From Gemmatimonadota bacterium (GTDB lineage: Bacteria; Gemmatimonadota; Gemmatimonadetes; Palauibacterales; KS3-K002): a stretch of 64,000 bases of DNA. The DNA is taken from positions 96,001 through 160,000 of the forward strand of contig JBDHJS010000003.1 of assembly GCA_039586795.1 (NCBI GenBank), given 5' to 3'. The translations under genes and the position numbers were made by a program. Shown piece after piece: positions 1 through 9,573 of this stretch. The first letter of the stretch is position 1; each line of letters starts with the position of its first letter. The notes beneath the pieces are model-generated. The model was not told where the DNA came from. It ran no database searches and saw only the letters and a list, made by a program, of their open reading frames with translations.

Positions 1-570
1 CGGTTCCACCAGTTATTCCCTGAGATTCGACTGCTGCAGACGTACGGGCTGTCGGAGGTCGGAATCCTCCGGTCCAAGTCGAAGTCCTCGGATTCGCTCT
101 GGGTGAAGATAGGCGGCGAAGGATTCGAGACGCGCGTCGTCGATGGCATGCTGGAGATCAAGGCGCAGTCGGCGATGCTGGGCTACCTGAACGCTGAAGA
201 CCCGTTCACAGAGGACGGCTGGTTCAAGACAGGTGACGCCGTTGAGGTGGACGGCGAGTATTTCAAGATCCTCGGGCGAAAGTCGGAGATCATCAACGTG
301 GGCGGTGAGAAGGTCTATCCGGCGGAGGTCGAGAGCGTCCTCCAACTGATGGAGGGGGTAGAGGACATTGCCGTTACCGGTGCGCCGAATCCGATCACCG
401 GTCAGATGGTCACGGCCAGGGTGAAGCTCAGCACGGACGAGTCTCTAGGCGACTTCCGCAAGCGGATGCGCGAGTTCTGTCGCGGCCAACTCGATCGCTA
501 CAAGATACCGCAGAAGATCACGCTCGTTGACGAGACGATGTACGGCGAGCGGTACAAGAAGATGCGGTGA
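1..570 (+). CDS. AMP-binding (ANL superfamily) acyl-CoA/adenylate-forming ligase, 5'-truncated by the window edge
   Basis: Frame is open from base 1 (RFHQLFPEIRLLQTYGLSE...). Motifs YGLSE, GWFKTGD, GRKSEIINVGGEKVYPAEVE and YKIP are typical of ANL enzymes. Confidence 0.85.
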   Translation, partial: RFHQLFPEIRLLQTYGLSEVGILRSKSKSSDSLWVKIGGEGFETRVVDGMLEIKAQSAMLGYLNAEDPFTEDGWFKTGDAVEVDGEYFKILGRKSEIINVGGEKVYPAEVESVLQLMEGVEDIAVTGAPNPITGQMVTARVKLSTDESLGDFRKRMREFCRGQLDRYKIPQKITLVDETMYGERYKKMR

Positions 571-1754
571 TCGATTCCACATCGACTAGCTACATAGCCA
601 GACAGAAAGCACTCGAAATGGTGGACACTCGGTCAGCTCGCAACGTCGTATTCTTGATGAGCGACTTGGGAGGTGGCACGGGCGACCACCTGCTCTCGAT
701 GTTCAATCGTTGGCGGGATCAGGGATGGGCGGCGCGTATCATCAGCGAGCGCCCGCTCACGTCGCGTTTGACGCCGGAAGTTCCGGTCGACGTCCTGGAA
801 CGCACCGATTGGTTCGACCGCTACCCGATCACCCAACTGCGACGTGTGCGGCGAATTGGACGACTTCTGGATCAGCACGGCCACGATGTCGTCCACTCCT
901 ACTTCTACTGGTCGATCATCTACGGCAGAGTCCTCAAGAAGCTCGGAAAGGTCAAATACCTGATCGAGAATCGTGAAGATCAGGGCTACTCATGGAACCG
1001 GCGCGACTATGCAATCCTGCGCGCGGGACGCGCGATACCGGATCGAGTGATTTGCGTGTCGGAGGCGGTGAGGCAGGTCGTCCTCGAGCGCGAGCGAATC
1101 GACCCCGATCGAGTCGTCGTCGTCCACAACGGTATCGAGCCGTTGTCAGATGATGATGTGGGCGACCGCCAGGTCGTGCGAAACGAACTCGGCTTGAGCG
1201 ACAGCGATCTTGTGGTTGGGATGGTGGCCAACCTCAACCGCAAGGTGAAAGGTGTACCCTACTTCATCGACGCGCTGCCGCTCATCCTCGATGCGGTGCC
1301 CACAGCCCGATTCGTGATATTTGGAAAAGGCAAAGAGGAAGCCGCCTTGAAGGAGAAGGCTAGATCTATCGGCGTCGATTCCTCACTTCTCTTCGCCGGG
1401 TTCAAGTCGGACATCGAGCGGTACTACGCAGCCATGGATGTCTCTGTTCTTACGTCACTTACGGAAGGCCTTTCCATCTCGCTCCTGCAATCGATGCAGC
1501 ACGGACTGCCGGTGGTCGTGACCCACGTCGGCGGCAATCCGGAGGTCGTTGTCGATGGTGAGACCGGCTTCCTCGTTCCCGCTCGGGATCCGACCGAGTT
1601 TGCAGAGAAGGTGATCGCGTTGCTGCGCGACGGCGACCTCAGGCACCGGATGGGAGAATCGGGAAGAAGGCGTGTATCAGAGGCCTTCCAGGTGGAGCGG
1701 GCGGCCGATCGTTATCTGGAGATCTACGGAGAAGTGCTGGCGTCTAGTGGCTGA
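567..1754 (+). CDS. GT4 family glycosyltransferase
   Basis: VVHNGI, VGMVANL..KG, S.TEGLSISLLQSM..GLPVVVT.VGGNPEVV.DGETG (GT-B fold). GTGA overlap with the upstream stop. Confidence 0.9.
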   Translation: MIDSTSTSYIARQKALEMVDTRSARNVVFLMSDLGGGTGDHLLSMFNRWRDQGWAARIISERPLTSRLTPEVPVDVLERTDWFDRYPITQLRRVRRIGRLLDQHGHDVVHSYFYWSIIYGRVLKKLGKVKYLIENREDQGYSWNRRDYAILRAGRAIPDRVICVSEAVRQVVLERERIDPDRVVVVHNGIEPLSDDDVGDRQVVRNELGLSDSDLVVGMVANLNRKVKGVPYFIDALPLILDAVPTARFVIFGKGKEEAALKEKARSIGVDSSLLFAGFKSDIERYYAAMDVSVLTSLTEGLSISLLQSMQHGLPVVVTHVGGNPEVVVDGETGFLVPARDPTEFAEKVIALLRDGDLRHRMGESGRRRVSEAFQVERAADRYLEIYGEVLASSG

Positions 1755-1765
1755 TCGCCTGGACT

Positions 1766-2989
1766 TCAAGCGAGCGTATAATCCTCTTCCACCGTCGTGA
1801 GACTGCCGTCGGATACTCGCTCGTGTCTGAGAAGCGCGTCCGCAAAGAACTTCGTCGCCCAATTCAGAATCTGATAGCTTCCGTAGTCTCCGCTGACCGG
1901 AGCGGAGCCCTTGATTCCCCCTCTCGTTCCCGGGCTACTACCCACGGTGTCCTGCGTAGACTTCAGGAAGCGGAGCACCCGGGGCACGGGCTCCAGCCAG
2001 GACCGTTCGCCGGTTATCAAGTAGAGGCGGATCCAAATATTCACGCTCTGCGCTTCACCCGTCAGACAGCTCCAGCTCGCCGCGGGCGACCAATTGGCAT
2101 CGAACCGCCCAGGCATCCATCCATCCTGTCGCACGGCATCGGCGAGCCGTTCGGCGCCGAGACGCGCCGCCGCGATCAGACGATCGTCCTCTAACACGCG
2201 CCCACCCTCGAGCAGGCCGCGGAGTGCATAGGCCAGAGTATGCAGTAGGGGACGCTCGGGGTCGCTCAGGCAACAATCAGGAATCCAGCCATTGGGTCGC
2301 TGCTTTTCGACGACGGTGAGCAGGGCTCGGGCGGCAGCATCGGAGAGCTCGGTTTCTCCGGCGCTCACCCCGCACTCAGCAAGACCCCAGGCCGTCCTGG
2401 CGTTGTACAGCGTGGTATCACCCCGCGCGAACTGTGATGTGCCGCGCCTCCAGTAACCGTCTTCGTCCAGTCGAGAGGCGAGGTAGCGTCCGGCGCGCAA
2501 AGCGGCATCGGCGAATGCTGAGTCGCCCGTCTCCTGATGGGCAGCGAGCCAGCCGAAGAGAACCTGCCCGGTGTTGAACACCGCAGGTGACACCGCCTGC
2601 CCGATCACACCACCCCGCACGGCGCCACTCTCGAGTTGTACGTCTATTTCCCAGCGCGCGGCTCGCTCCGCGCGTTCTTTCAGCGCGGGTCGGGACAGGT
2701 GCCGACCGACCGCGTAGAAGGTCGGAATGATGTAGCCCGTTGTCTCTGGATAGGATGGTTGCCAACCGCTGCGCTTGAACCGCTTGTGCCATTTGAGGGT
2801 GTAGCCGCGCGCGAACCCGCCATCCGGATTCGCGTCCTGCGCACGCTCCAGCCAGCCCAGCGCCTCTTCGAGGTGAGGTCTGTGATCTTCGTGTACCGTG
2901 TAACCGCCCAACCGATCGCGCCAAGCCGCAGCCATCGCCTCTCGACTCAGCAACGGCGATGATCGAAGAGCGTGGAGTTTACCTATCAC
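1766..2989 (-). CDS. (alpha/alpha)6-toroid protein of unknown function (prenyltransferase/squalene oxidase-repeat-like), glycan-locus associated
   Basis: Repeated WL..Q..DG(G/W)-like helical repeats (WLERAQDANPDGG, WEIDVQLESGA, KQRPNGW) plus YPETTGYIIPT and FNTGQ motifs. Start moved to GTG 2989 after AGAGAAAG; the ORF track gives 3028. Confidence 0.65.
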   Translation of the reverse strand: MIGKLHALRSSPLLSREAMAAAWRDRLGGYTVHEDHRPHLEEALGWLERAQDANPDGGFARGYTLKWHKRFKRSGWQPSYPETTGYIIPTFYAVGRHLSRPALKERAERAARWEIDVQLESGAVRGGVIGQAVSPAVFNTGQVLFGWLAAHQETGDSAFADAALRAGRYLASRLDEDGYWRRGTSQFARGDTTLYNARTAWGLAECGVSAGETELSDAAARALLTVVEKQRPNGWIPDCCLSDPERPLLHTLAYALRGLLEGGRVLEDDRLIAAARLGAERLADAVRQDGWMPGRFDANWSPAASWSCLTGEAQSVNIWIRLYLITGERSWLEPVPRVLRFLKSTQDTVGSSPGTRGGIKGSAPVSGDYGSYQILNWATKFFADALLRHERVSDGSLTTVEEDYTLA

Positions 2990-3053
2990 CTTTCTCTGGA
3001 TCTCCCAATGGCCGCCACGACAGCGCACGCGAGACTAAGTTCGTGCGAGCGGC

Positions 3054-4799
3054 TTAGGCGGTAAGAGACGCCGCGTGGTAACCATCCGGCTCCAACGCCG
3101 TCACATGCCCGCCCTCGACGCGATACACGACATCGGCGACTTCGATCATGGCGGGCTGGTGGGATATGGCCAGTATTGTCGCTATACCGCGCAGGTTAGC
3201 CAGCGTCTTGCTGATCGCTGACTCTGTTTTCGGGTCCAACGCCGTAGTCACTTCGTCCAGTACGAGAAGCGCCGGCTTTCTGACCAGCGCTCGAGCAATG
3301 GCGACACGCTGACGCTGCCCACCAGAGAGCTTCGAACCGGCCTCGCCGATGGGTGTGTCCATACCGTCCGTGAGCTGGGAGACGAAATCCCACGCGCCCG
3401 CGGCTTTCAACGCCGACTCGACCTGCTCGCGGGTGATCTCCTTGTCGCCGACCGTGACGTTTTCGAATACACTATCATGAAACAGGAACATCTCCTGCGG
3501 CACATACCCGATCATGTGGCGCCACTTCACCATATCGATATCGCTTAGCGACACCGAGTCGATGAGGACCGAGCCGTTGTCCGGACGCTGAAGCCCGACG
3601 ATTAGATCTGCGATCGTCGTCTTGCCTGCTCCCGAAGGCCCAACCAGAGTGACGAACTGACCTGACTGAATCTCGAGCGATACTTTGTTTAGGACTTCTT
3701 TTTCACCGTACGCGAAGTCCACGGAATCCAGACGCACTGCATCGACGACCGGCGTCGGCTCCCGCGTGCCCAGATTCCTTTCTCGCTCGGCCACTGCCGT
3801 GTCGGTCATTCCCTTGAGCGCGTAGAAGGCGCTTTCACCCACCGCCATCGTCTGGTATTGGGCCTGGCTCTTGTTCACACGGCCAATGAGTCGGTAGAAG
3901 AGGAAGGCCAACACCAGAAGGGATGAGAAGTTCACGCTGAAGGCTTTGATGGCCAGATACAGCCCTCCCGCGAGCATGACAGCGACGATCGGCTCCTGCA
4001 TCGCGATGAGGGACTGTGTGGCAAACACATGTCGGACATGCGCGTCCCTGATGCCCTGCGTCTCCCTTTCCAGCAACGGGCTGACGTGCTTCTCCTGGGC
4101 CATCGCCTTGATCGGCTTTATGCCGTGGAGAGCATCGGTCATCGTGCCGACCAGCGACCTCATCAAAAAAGTCGTGTGCCGCCCGGCCGCGCGACTGATG
4201 TCGACGAATCGACCCAGCAGCAAAGCGATGGCAGCACCCGCGATAACCGCCAGTACGGCAATCTTCCAGGATACCAGGAAGACGATCCCAACGTAGACGG
4301 CGACCTGTATCAAGCCCGCCATCAGGCTGCACGCTTGCCGGTAGGCCGTCGACGCCCTTCGGGCCTCGATGGACGTCGCCGTCGCGAAGTGCCCAGCCGG
4401 TTCACTCGTGAAATACGACCAACGAGCGCTAAGAAGGGCGTCGATCAAGCGAAGCCGCAGGTCCTTGGCAACGTGGGCCTCGGTATAGCCCGCCTGCATC
4501 ATGCCCGCCCACAGGAAGATGCTCTTCAGACTGATGCCGAGGATAACGACAATCATGAGGACCGCGAGGGTCGGCTCGATGCCGAAGAAGCCGAGTACGC
4601 CTCCGACCGCCTGAGCTGGGCCCGACTGGGGGCCCGTCGCGCCCGCATCCGTTGCCAGCTCGAGTATCGGGAAGAGCGTGACCAGGCTGAACCCCTCCGC
4701 CAGCCCGGCAAAGATGAGCAACGGCACCATGATGGCCGTGCGTACGGGATACGCACGTGCAAAGTGGATTATGAAGCGGACGCTATCTTTGTTTAGCAT
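3054..4799 (-). CDS. ABC transporter, fused permease/ATPase (PglK/Wzk-like glycan flippase or exporter)
   Basis: N-terminal TM helices, Walker A GPSGAGKT, signature LSGGQRQR, Walker B LLVLDE; lies in a glycan locus. Confidence 0.9.
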   Translation of the reverse strand: MLNKDSVRFIIHFARAYPVRTAIMVPLLIFAGLAEGFSLVTLFPILELATDAGATGPQSGPAQAVGGVLGFFGIEPTLAVLMIVVILGISLKSIFLWAGMMQAGYTEAHVAKDLRLRLIDALLSARWSYFTSEPAGHFATATSIEARRASTAYRQACSLMAGLIQVAVYVGIVFLVSWKIAVLAVIAGAAIALLLGRFVDISRAAGRHTTFLMRSLVGTMTDALHGIKPIKAMAQEKHVSPLLERETQGIRDAHVRHVFATQSLIAMQEPIVAVMLAGGLYLAIKAFSVNFSSLLVLAFLFYRLIGRVNKSQAQYQTMAVGESAFYALKGMTDTAVAERERNLGTREPTPVVDAVRLDSVDFAYGEKEVLNKVSLEIQSGQFVTLVGPSGAGKTTIADLIVGLQRPDNGSVLIDSVSLSDIDMVKWRHMIGYVPQEMFLFHDSVFENVTVGDKEITREQVESALKAAGAWDFVSQLTDGMDTPIGEAGSKLSGGQRQRVAIARALVRKPALLVLDEVTTALDPKTESAISKTLANLRGIATILAISHQPAMIEVADVVYRVEGGHVTALEPDGYHAASLTA

Positions 4800-4896
4800 G
4801 TCCTCGCGATCGAAGAAGTCAGGGCAGTTGGGGCACCAGATGGGATACCGGCAGCAGCCCGAAAGTCACGACAGAAACTACGCGCGCAACCCTATC

Positions 4897-4912
4897 TGCA
4901 AGAGCCAGGCCC
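4897..4912 (-). promoter_or_regulatory. Candidate sigma-54 -24/-12 promoter for the ABC exporter operon
   Basis: Minus strand GGGCCTGGCTCTTGCA (GG-N8-TTGC), about 100 nt upstream of the start at 4799. Confidence 0.5.
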
Positions 4913-5065
4913 CCGTTGGTACCGTATTCTCGTCTCCTTCCAGCCCCAGAGGCACCTGAGGACGCTGTTGTGACACGGCTTCGGCCCCGAGTGCTGCATT
5001 GACGCAACACTTCGGGCGATGCGCGGAGGCTCAAGCCAGGCACACTTCTTCCGGAACGTCAACAA

Positions 5066-5078
5066 TTTCAATAAGTTA
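5066..5078 (+). promoter_or_regulatory. Candidate IHF-binding site
   Basis: TTTCAATAAGTTA has one mismatch to WATCAANNNNTTR and is an AT-rich patch in a GC-rich intergenic region. Confidence 0.35.
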
Positions 5079-5215
5079 CGCGCCGAGTTCGTCGGCGCTC
5101 CCCACGCCCGCAAGGATCTGGCGTTCTCGTTGATGCGCAGGGCTTTCAGGGCGGCATCCAAGCCCGCGCGAACGCCTTTGATGGCGAAGGCCACAGCTGA
5201 AGGAGCAACTCAGAC

Positions 5216-6214
5216 TTGCAGGCAGAACCAGGCGACACGGCGCACGCACCCGTTTTTATCGTGGGCTGTCCACGATCGGGAACGACGTTGCTTTACCACA
5301 TCCTCCTTTCGACGGGAGACTTCGCGTACTACCGAGCGGAGTCTCACGTATTCGACATCATCGTACCGCGATTCGGCAGCCTGAGAACGACGGCGGCGAA
5401 GCGGAAGATGCTGGACACGTGGTTGAGCAGTCGGTTGTTCGAGGTTTCGGGGCTCGAAGCGCGTGGCATCAGCGACAGGGTCCTATCGGAGTGCCACAGC
5501 GGCGGGGATTTCCTTCGCGCGCTGATGGAGAGCATCGCAGACGATCAGGGTGTCAGTCGCTGGGCAGATTGCACTCCGGCGCATCTGTTGTTCATGCGGC
5601 AGATCAAGCGGCAGATACCGAGTGCCAGATTCATTCACATCGTTCGTGATGGGCGCGATGTCGCCCTATCGTTGGACAAGCTTGGCTGGGTCCCGGCGTT
5701 ACCCTGGGACCGACGCCCGACGCTGCTGATCGCCGGTCTGCGATGGGAGTGGGTGGTTCAGAGAGGACGCAAAGAAGGTAGCAAGCTCGGCAACGATTAC
5801 CTGGAAGTGGCCTTCGAGAAAGTCGCGGACTGGGATACCGAGACCATGGCTCGGATCGCCGAGTTCATCGACCACGAACTGAACTACGAAGAGATACAGG
5901 CGTCCGCGGTAGGGTCGGTTGGCGCGCCCAATACCGCGTTCGAATCCGGCGGCAGCGGTGCGGCGTTCAAACCAGTCGGGCGCTGGAAGTCGAAGTTTCC
6001 CAAGGAACAGCTGGAAGCGCTGGAAGGGATGATCGGCGACTCTCTTACGAGTCTTGGCTATTCTCTATCTACCGACAACGGCGAGCATCGCTCATCTATG
6101 AGTCTCCGGCTGATGCGAGCCGAGTATCAGCAGTTTTGGTCGCTGAAGCACTGGGTCAAAGCCAAGACGCCTCTGAGTCGGGTGCTGACCGACCTTGATG
6201 AGTTGGGCGAGTAG
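5216..6214 (+). CDS. PAPS-dependent sulfotransferase
   Basis: 5'-PSB loop FIVGCPRSGTTLL, 3'-PB motif IHIVRDGRDVALS, and C-terminal VGRWK. Confidence 0.9.
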   Translation: MQAEPGDTAHAPVFIVGCPRSGTTLLYHILLSTGDFAYYRAESHVFDIIVPRFGSLRTTAAKRKMLDTWLSSRLFEVSGLEARGISDRVLSECHSGGDFLRALMESIADDQGVSRWADCTPAHLLFMRQIKRQIPSARFIHIVRDGRDVALSLDKLGWVPALPWDRRPTLLIAGLRWEWVVQRGRKEGSKLGNDYLEVAFEKVADWDTETMARIAEFIDHELNYEEIQASAVGSVGAPNTAFESGGSGAAFKPVGRWKSKFPKEQLEALEGMIGDSLTSLGYSLSTDNGEHRSSMSLRLMRAEYQQFWSLKHWVKAKTPLSRVLTDLDELGE

Positions 6215-6243
6215 TCGCTGGTCAGTTACGCGATCCCAGAACG

Positions 6244-7251
6244 CTAGTCGGCGCGCACCGCCACAACGTTGAAGCTACGGGTCAGGATCGGAACGGAGAG
6301 CGGAGAGCGCGCTAACGCTCGGTTCGCGGCCAGGCCAAGTCTGTACACAGGCCCGAGGGCCGTCTTCGAGTAGGCGGCGGGTTCAAGTAGCTCCGTTCGG
6401 AACCCACACTTCGTCAACATCTGATCCACGGTCTTGGGCGTGAAGCCCCAGATGTGCGGTGCGGGCACGACCTGTCCGCCGATCGTCCTCTTTCCCGCCT
6501 CCCGCGCCCGCGGCCTCAAGCGCCGATTGCTGCGAAGCCTGAGGATCACGCAACCGCCGGGCTTCAGCAGTCGTCGAATCGCTGTTAGGTCCCCCGCCGG
6601 GTCAGCGACGTAGTAAAGAGTGTCGAGGGAGACGACACAATCGAAGGAATCGGCGGGGAAATCGAGCTCCTGAATACGTCCAACTCTGAGGGGGACGTCG
6701 AGATTCTCCAGGCCCCACTCGACAGCGCTTTCTGAGATATCACAGCCGGAGGCATCGAATCCCTGGTCCATCGCCCACTTGGGGAAGTGGCCGTAAGCGG
6801 CGCCGACATCTAGCACGCTCTGCACGCCGAACCGGCGGAGTAGACGTGTGACGTCTTTGAAGATGGGTATGCGCCGCCCGCCCCAGTAGTCGGGGTCGGT
6901 ACGACGGAAGTAGCGCTCGTTGAACACCCAGCCCATGGCGTCCTGGGTGAGCCGGGGCGAGACGAAGATGAGGCTACAGTCCTCACATTGACGCACGCCG
7001 AGAAGGTTCCAGAACACAAACCGCGACAGTAGCCGGGTCCGCTCGCTGCCACACGCGCAACGCGACGTGGTTTCTATCGGTGTGAAGCGAAAGCCTTTAT
7101 CGACCGCCGTCCGCAGCCAGAGCTCCGGGTCGTCCACCACCGAGCCGTGCTTTCCGAGCGCCTCGAGCTGCGCTCTGACAGAATCTTCACCGTATTCGGC
7201 GGACAACTCGGCTGCGAGACGATCGATCTTTTCGCTGGACACCGTTAGCAT
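6244..7251 (-). CDS. Class I SAM-dependent methyltransferase with N-terminal Zn-ribbon
   Basis: CACG...CEDC, VLDVGAAYG, FDCVVSLDTLYY, LLKPGG. Confidence 0.85.
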   Translation of the reverse strand: MLTVSSEKIDRLAAELSAEYGEDSVRAQLEALGKHGSVVDDPELWLRTAVDKGFRFTPIETTSRCACGSERTRLLSRFVFWNLLGVRQCEDCSLIFVSPRLTQDAMGWVFNERYFRRTDPDYWGGRRIPIFKDVTRLLRRFGVQSVLDVGAAYGHFPKWAMDQGFDASGCDISESAVEWGLENLDVPLRVGRIQELDFPADSFDCVVSLDTLYYVADPAGDLTAIRRLLKPGGCVILRLRSNRRLRPRAREAGKRTIGGQVVPAPHIWGFTPKTVDQMLTKCGFRTELLEPAAYSKTALGPVYRLGLAANRALARSPLSVPILTRSFNVVAVRAD

Positions 7252-7252
7252 C

Positions 7253-8284
7253 TCATTCGGCTTTCCACACCATGAGTCGCAAGCGCTCCGCGCCCGTGAT
7301 CACACGTGTGGCGTAGGTCAGGCTGTTCGCGTTTCCGAATCGTCCCAACTTGAATCGCTCATCCGGATCGGCCTTGGCGGCAGAACGACTGACGTAGCGG
7401 TTCTCGGTGACGACGGCGGCCAGGTACCCGGCGCGCTTGAGGTTCTCTATCTCCCTCTGGCCGAAGTCGGGCCAACGCCCGTTCGGATAAGCAAGAATCG
7501 GTACCGGCTTGGTCGCTTCAGCGCTTAGCCGCGCCAGCGACTCTTCGATCTCATACCGCGATTGCTCTTCCGTAGCTTGTGCCAGGATCGGGTGCGTGAC
7601 AGAGTGGGGGCCGAACGTCATTCCGCTAGCCTCACAGGCGCGCAACTGATCCCACGACATCGGCTCGTATTCGAACGGCGCGCTATCAGGAAGGTCGACT
7701 GCGGCAGCAACCGCCAGAGCGGCGATACCCGCGTGCTTCTCCTCGTCGGCCACTCGCTTGCAGCGCTCGGTGAAATCCTGGACGGCGGACGCACGCTGAG
7801 ATTTGTCTTCCCAGTTATAACTCAGATTGGAATCCCCGAGCTTCACGGAGAAGCTCTGTCGGGTCGCTTTGAGAAACACGTACTCGATCTTGTCCCACCA
7901 GAACCAGAGCTCTCGATCGAGGAAGCCCGTCGTCACGAACGTGGTCACCGGGCAATCGAACTCCGCGAACAGCGGCGCGCCGATCGTCGCCTGATCCACG
8001 AAGCCATCGTCCATCGTAAAGGCCACCGCACGATGCAGCGGCGGCCCTTCACCCATAGAGCGCGTCACCAGCTCATCCAGAGGGACGAACTCGCAGCCCT
8101 GTTCACGTAGATAGGCGAGCACGCCACGCAGCAGTTCCGGGTCTCGGCCCGGCGTGCCGCGCTCGGGATCGGCCAGGCGATGCAGCCGGAAGATGACTCC
8201 CTGGCCTCGCGCAAGCGGAGACAAGACCGCTCTTACGCCGGGGAACGACAGCGCCTTCCCGACGAGCTCGCCCAGCCTATTCAT
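7253..8284 (-). CDS. Polysaccharide deacetylase (CE4/NodB homology)
   Basis: AFTMDDGF, GPHSVTHPIL, LAYPNG. Confidence 0.9.
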   Translation of the reverse strand: MNRLGELVGKALSFPGVRAVLSPLARGQGVIFRLHRLADPERGTPGRDPELLRGVLAYLREQGCEFVPLDELVTRSMGEGPPLHRAVAFTMDDGFVDQATIGAPLFAEFDCPVTTFVTTGFLDRELWFWWDKIEYVFLKATRQSFSVKLGDSNLSYNWEDKSQRASAVQDFTERCKRVADEEKHAGIAALAVAAAVDLPDSAPFEYEPMSWDQLRACEASGMTFGPHSVTHPILAQATEEQSRYEIEESLARLSAEATKPVPILAYPNGRWPDFGQREIENLKRAGYLAAVVTENRYVSRSAAKADPDERFKLGRFGNANSLTYATRVITGAERLRLMVWKAE

Positions 8285-9252
8285 CGGCCTCTCCGGCTAG
8301 CGCGACGCCTTCGGCGCTGTTTCCACGTACGCACCACCAGATCGCGGGCCCACCGCCGTTGCATCCGCTTCCACTCACGCTTCGGAAGATCCTCCGTACC
8401 GTTGGTCTCGCGAAGCCAGTCGAGAAGCTCAACCACGGTTGGGAACCAGCCTGGCCGACGCGACAGTGCTTCCAAGCGCTGGCGCGTGACATCATCGACC
8501 ACACCGTCTTTCGCAAAACCCTTCCCCAAGTGCGTCGCAACTATGCAAAACCCTCCCTCCTTCTCGAGCCGGTCCAGGCGTCCGGGCTCGATCAGATCTC
8601 TGAACTCGATGCAGTCTTCCGCGTCAGCTGCCGAATACCACCAACGAACGAGCGGCCGTGACGGGTCCCGGTACGGCATCGACGGATTGATGTTCGCGAG
8701 GTTGATCTCGTCGAACGTGAGGTTGCGAACGTAGTCAACGTGGCTGGTGCAAAGGTCACCCCACCAATAGGGTGAGCCCTCCACGTGCCCCAGGTAGTAG
8801 TCCTTTGGAGTGCTGTTGAATCGGCCGTACAGCATCTTGATCACCGGATCGTCGAGCCGGTCCGCACCCCAGTACAGGTTTTCGCGGTTGAATGCGTGGT
8901 TAGCATGTACTCTGGGATAGGCCCCAAACAACTCGCGAAACCGCTCCAAACCGGCCAGCGTCCGCTCACGCTCGCTCGACTCCATCGTCGCGCAATGCCA
9001 GGCAATCTCAAAACCACGCTCTTGCAGATCGACAACGAAGTCGCCGTACTCTTGGTCCTCCAGCGTCTGCGAGCTCGAGAAGTTCTGACTGCCCTCCGGA
9101 CAGGGCATCGGCCAGACGGTCTTGGTGATCCGCATGCCAAGCTCTTCTAACAGCCGATACACGGGCAGCAGGTTCTCGACCGTTCCGACGTCGGTGTCGT
9201 CGATGATCGTGAACGCGAAGCGCTTGCCGCCAGGATACTCTGCCTTTGACAT
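8281..9252 (-). CDS. Polysaccharide deacetylase-like (CE4 barrel) protein
   Basis: FAFTIIDDTD, GFEIAWH, ANHA, IVATHLGKGF. ATGA-coupled to the downstream deacetylase. Confidence 0.65.
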   Translation of the reverse strand: MSKAEYPGGKRFAFTIIDDTDVGTVENLLPVYRLLEELGMRITKTVWPMPCPEGSQNFSSSQTLEDQEYGDFVVDLQERGFEIAWHCATMESSERERTLAGLERFRELFGAYPRVHANHAFNRENLYWGADRLDDPVIKMLYGRFNSTPKDYYLGHVEGSPYWWGDLCTSHVDYVRNLTFDEINLANINPSMPYRDPSRPLVRWWYSAADAEDCIEFRDLIEPGRLDRLEKEGGFCIVATHLGKGFAKDGVVDDVTRQRLEALSRRPGWFPTVVELLDWLRETNGTEDLPKREWKRMQRRWARDLVVRTWKQRRRRRASRRGR

Positions 9253-9320
9253 ATCAACTTTCAGAAGCGTGGTTCACTGGGACCGCGGTTCCCATCTCGA
9301 CACGCGGCAACGCCTCGTCT

Positions 9321-9336
9321 CGCAAGAGTCGGACCC
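9321..9336 (-). promoter_or_regulatory. Candidate sigma-54 -24/-12 promoter for the deacetylase-methyltransferase operon
   Basis: Minus strand GGGTCCGACTCTTGCG (GG-N8-TTGC), about 70 nt upstream of the start at 9252. Confidence 0.4.
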
Positions 9337-9573
9337 CCATCAGGACGCCAAACCGGCCCCAACGAAGCAGGGGCGCCCCGCGGTCGAACAGCGGCGCGAC
9401 CGGCGCTTTCCCGGGTGTTGCGCCTAAACCACATTACGCTCCATTGGCTGTCACGCCAGCCACTTACGGACGGTCCCATCGAGCAGGCGCTGACCGAGGC
9501 AGCGCGTCGCGTCTGGCCCCGTTCGTGCGGAGCAGCGGTTGGACTCGACCCTGCAACCGCGGGAGGAGGCGGA

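Noticed and set aside
9415..9573. Long N-terminal extensions given by the ORF track (also at 15052, 24752, 25923, 37478, 43970, 53681)
   Set aside because: Better starts with RBS or stop-start coupling lie downstream, and the extensions overlap neighbouring genes or lack family-like sequence.
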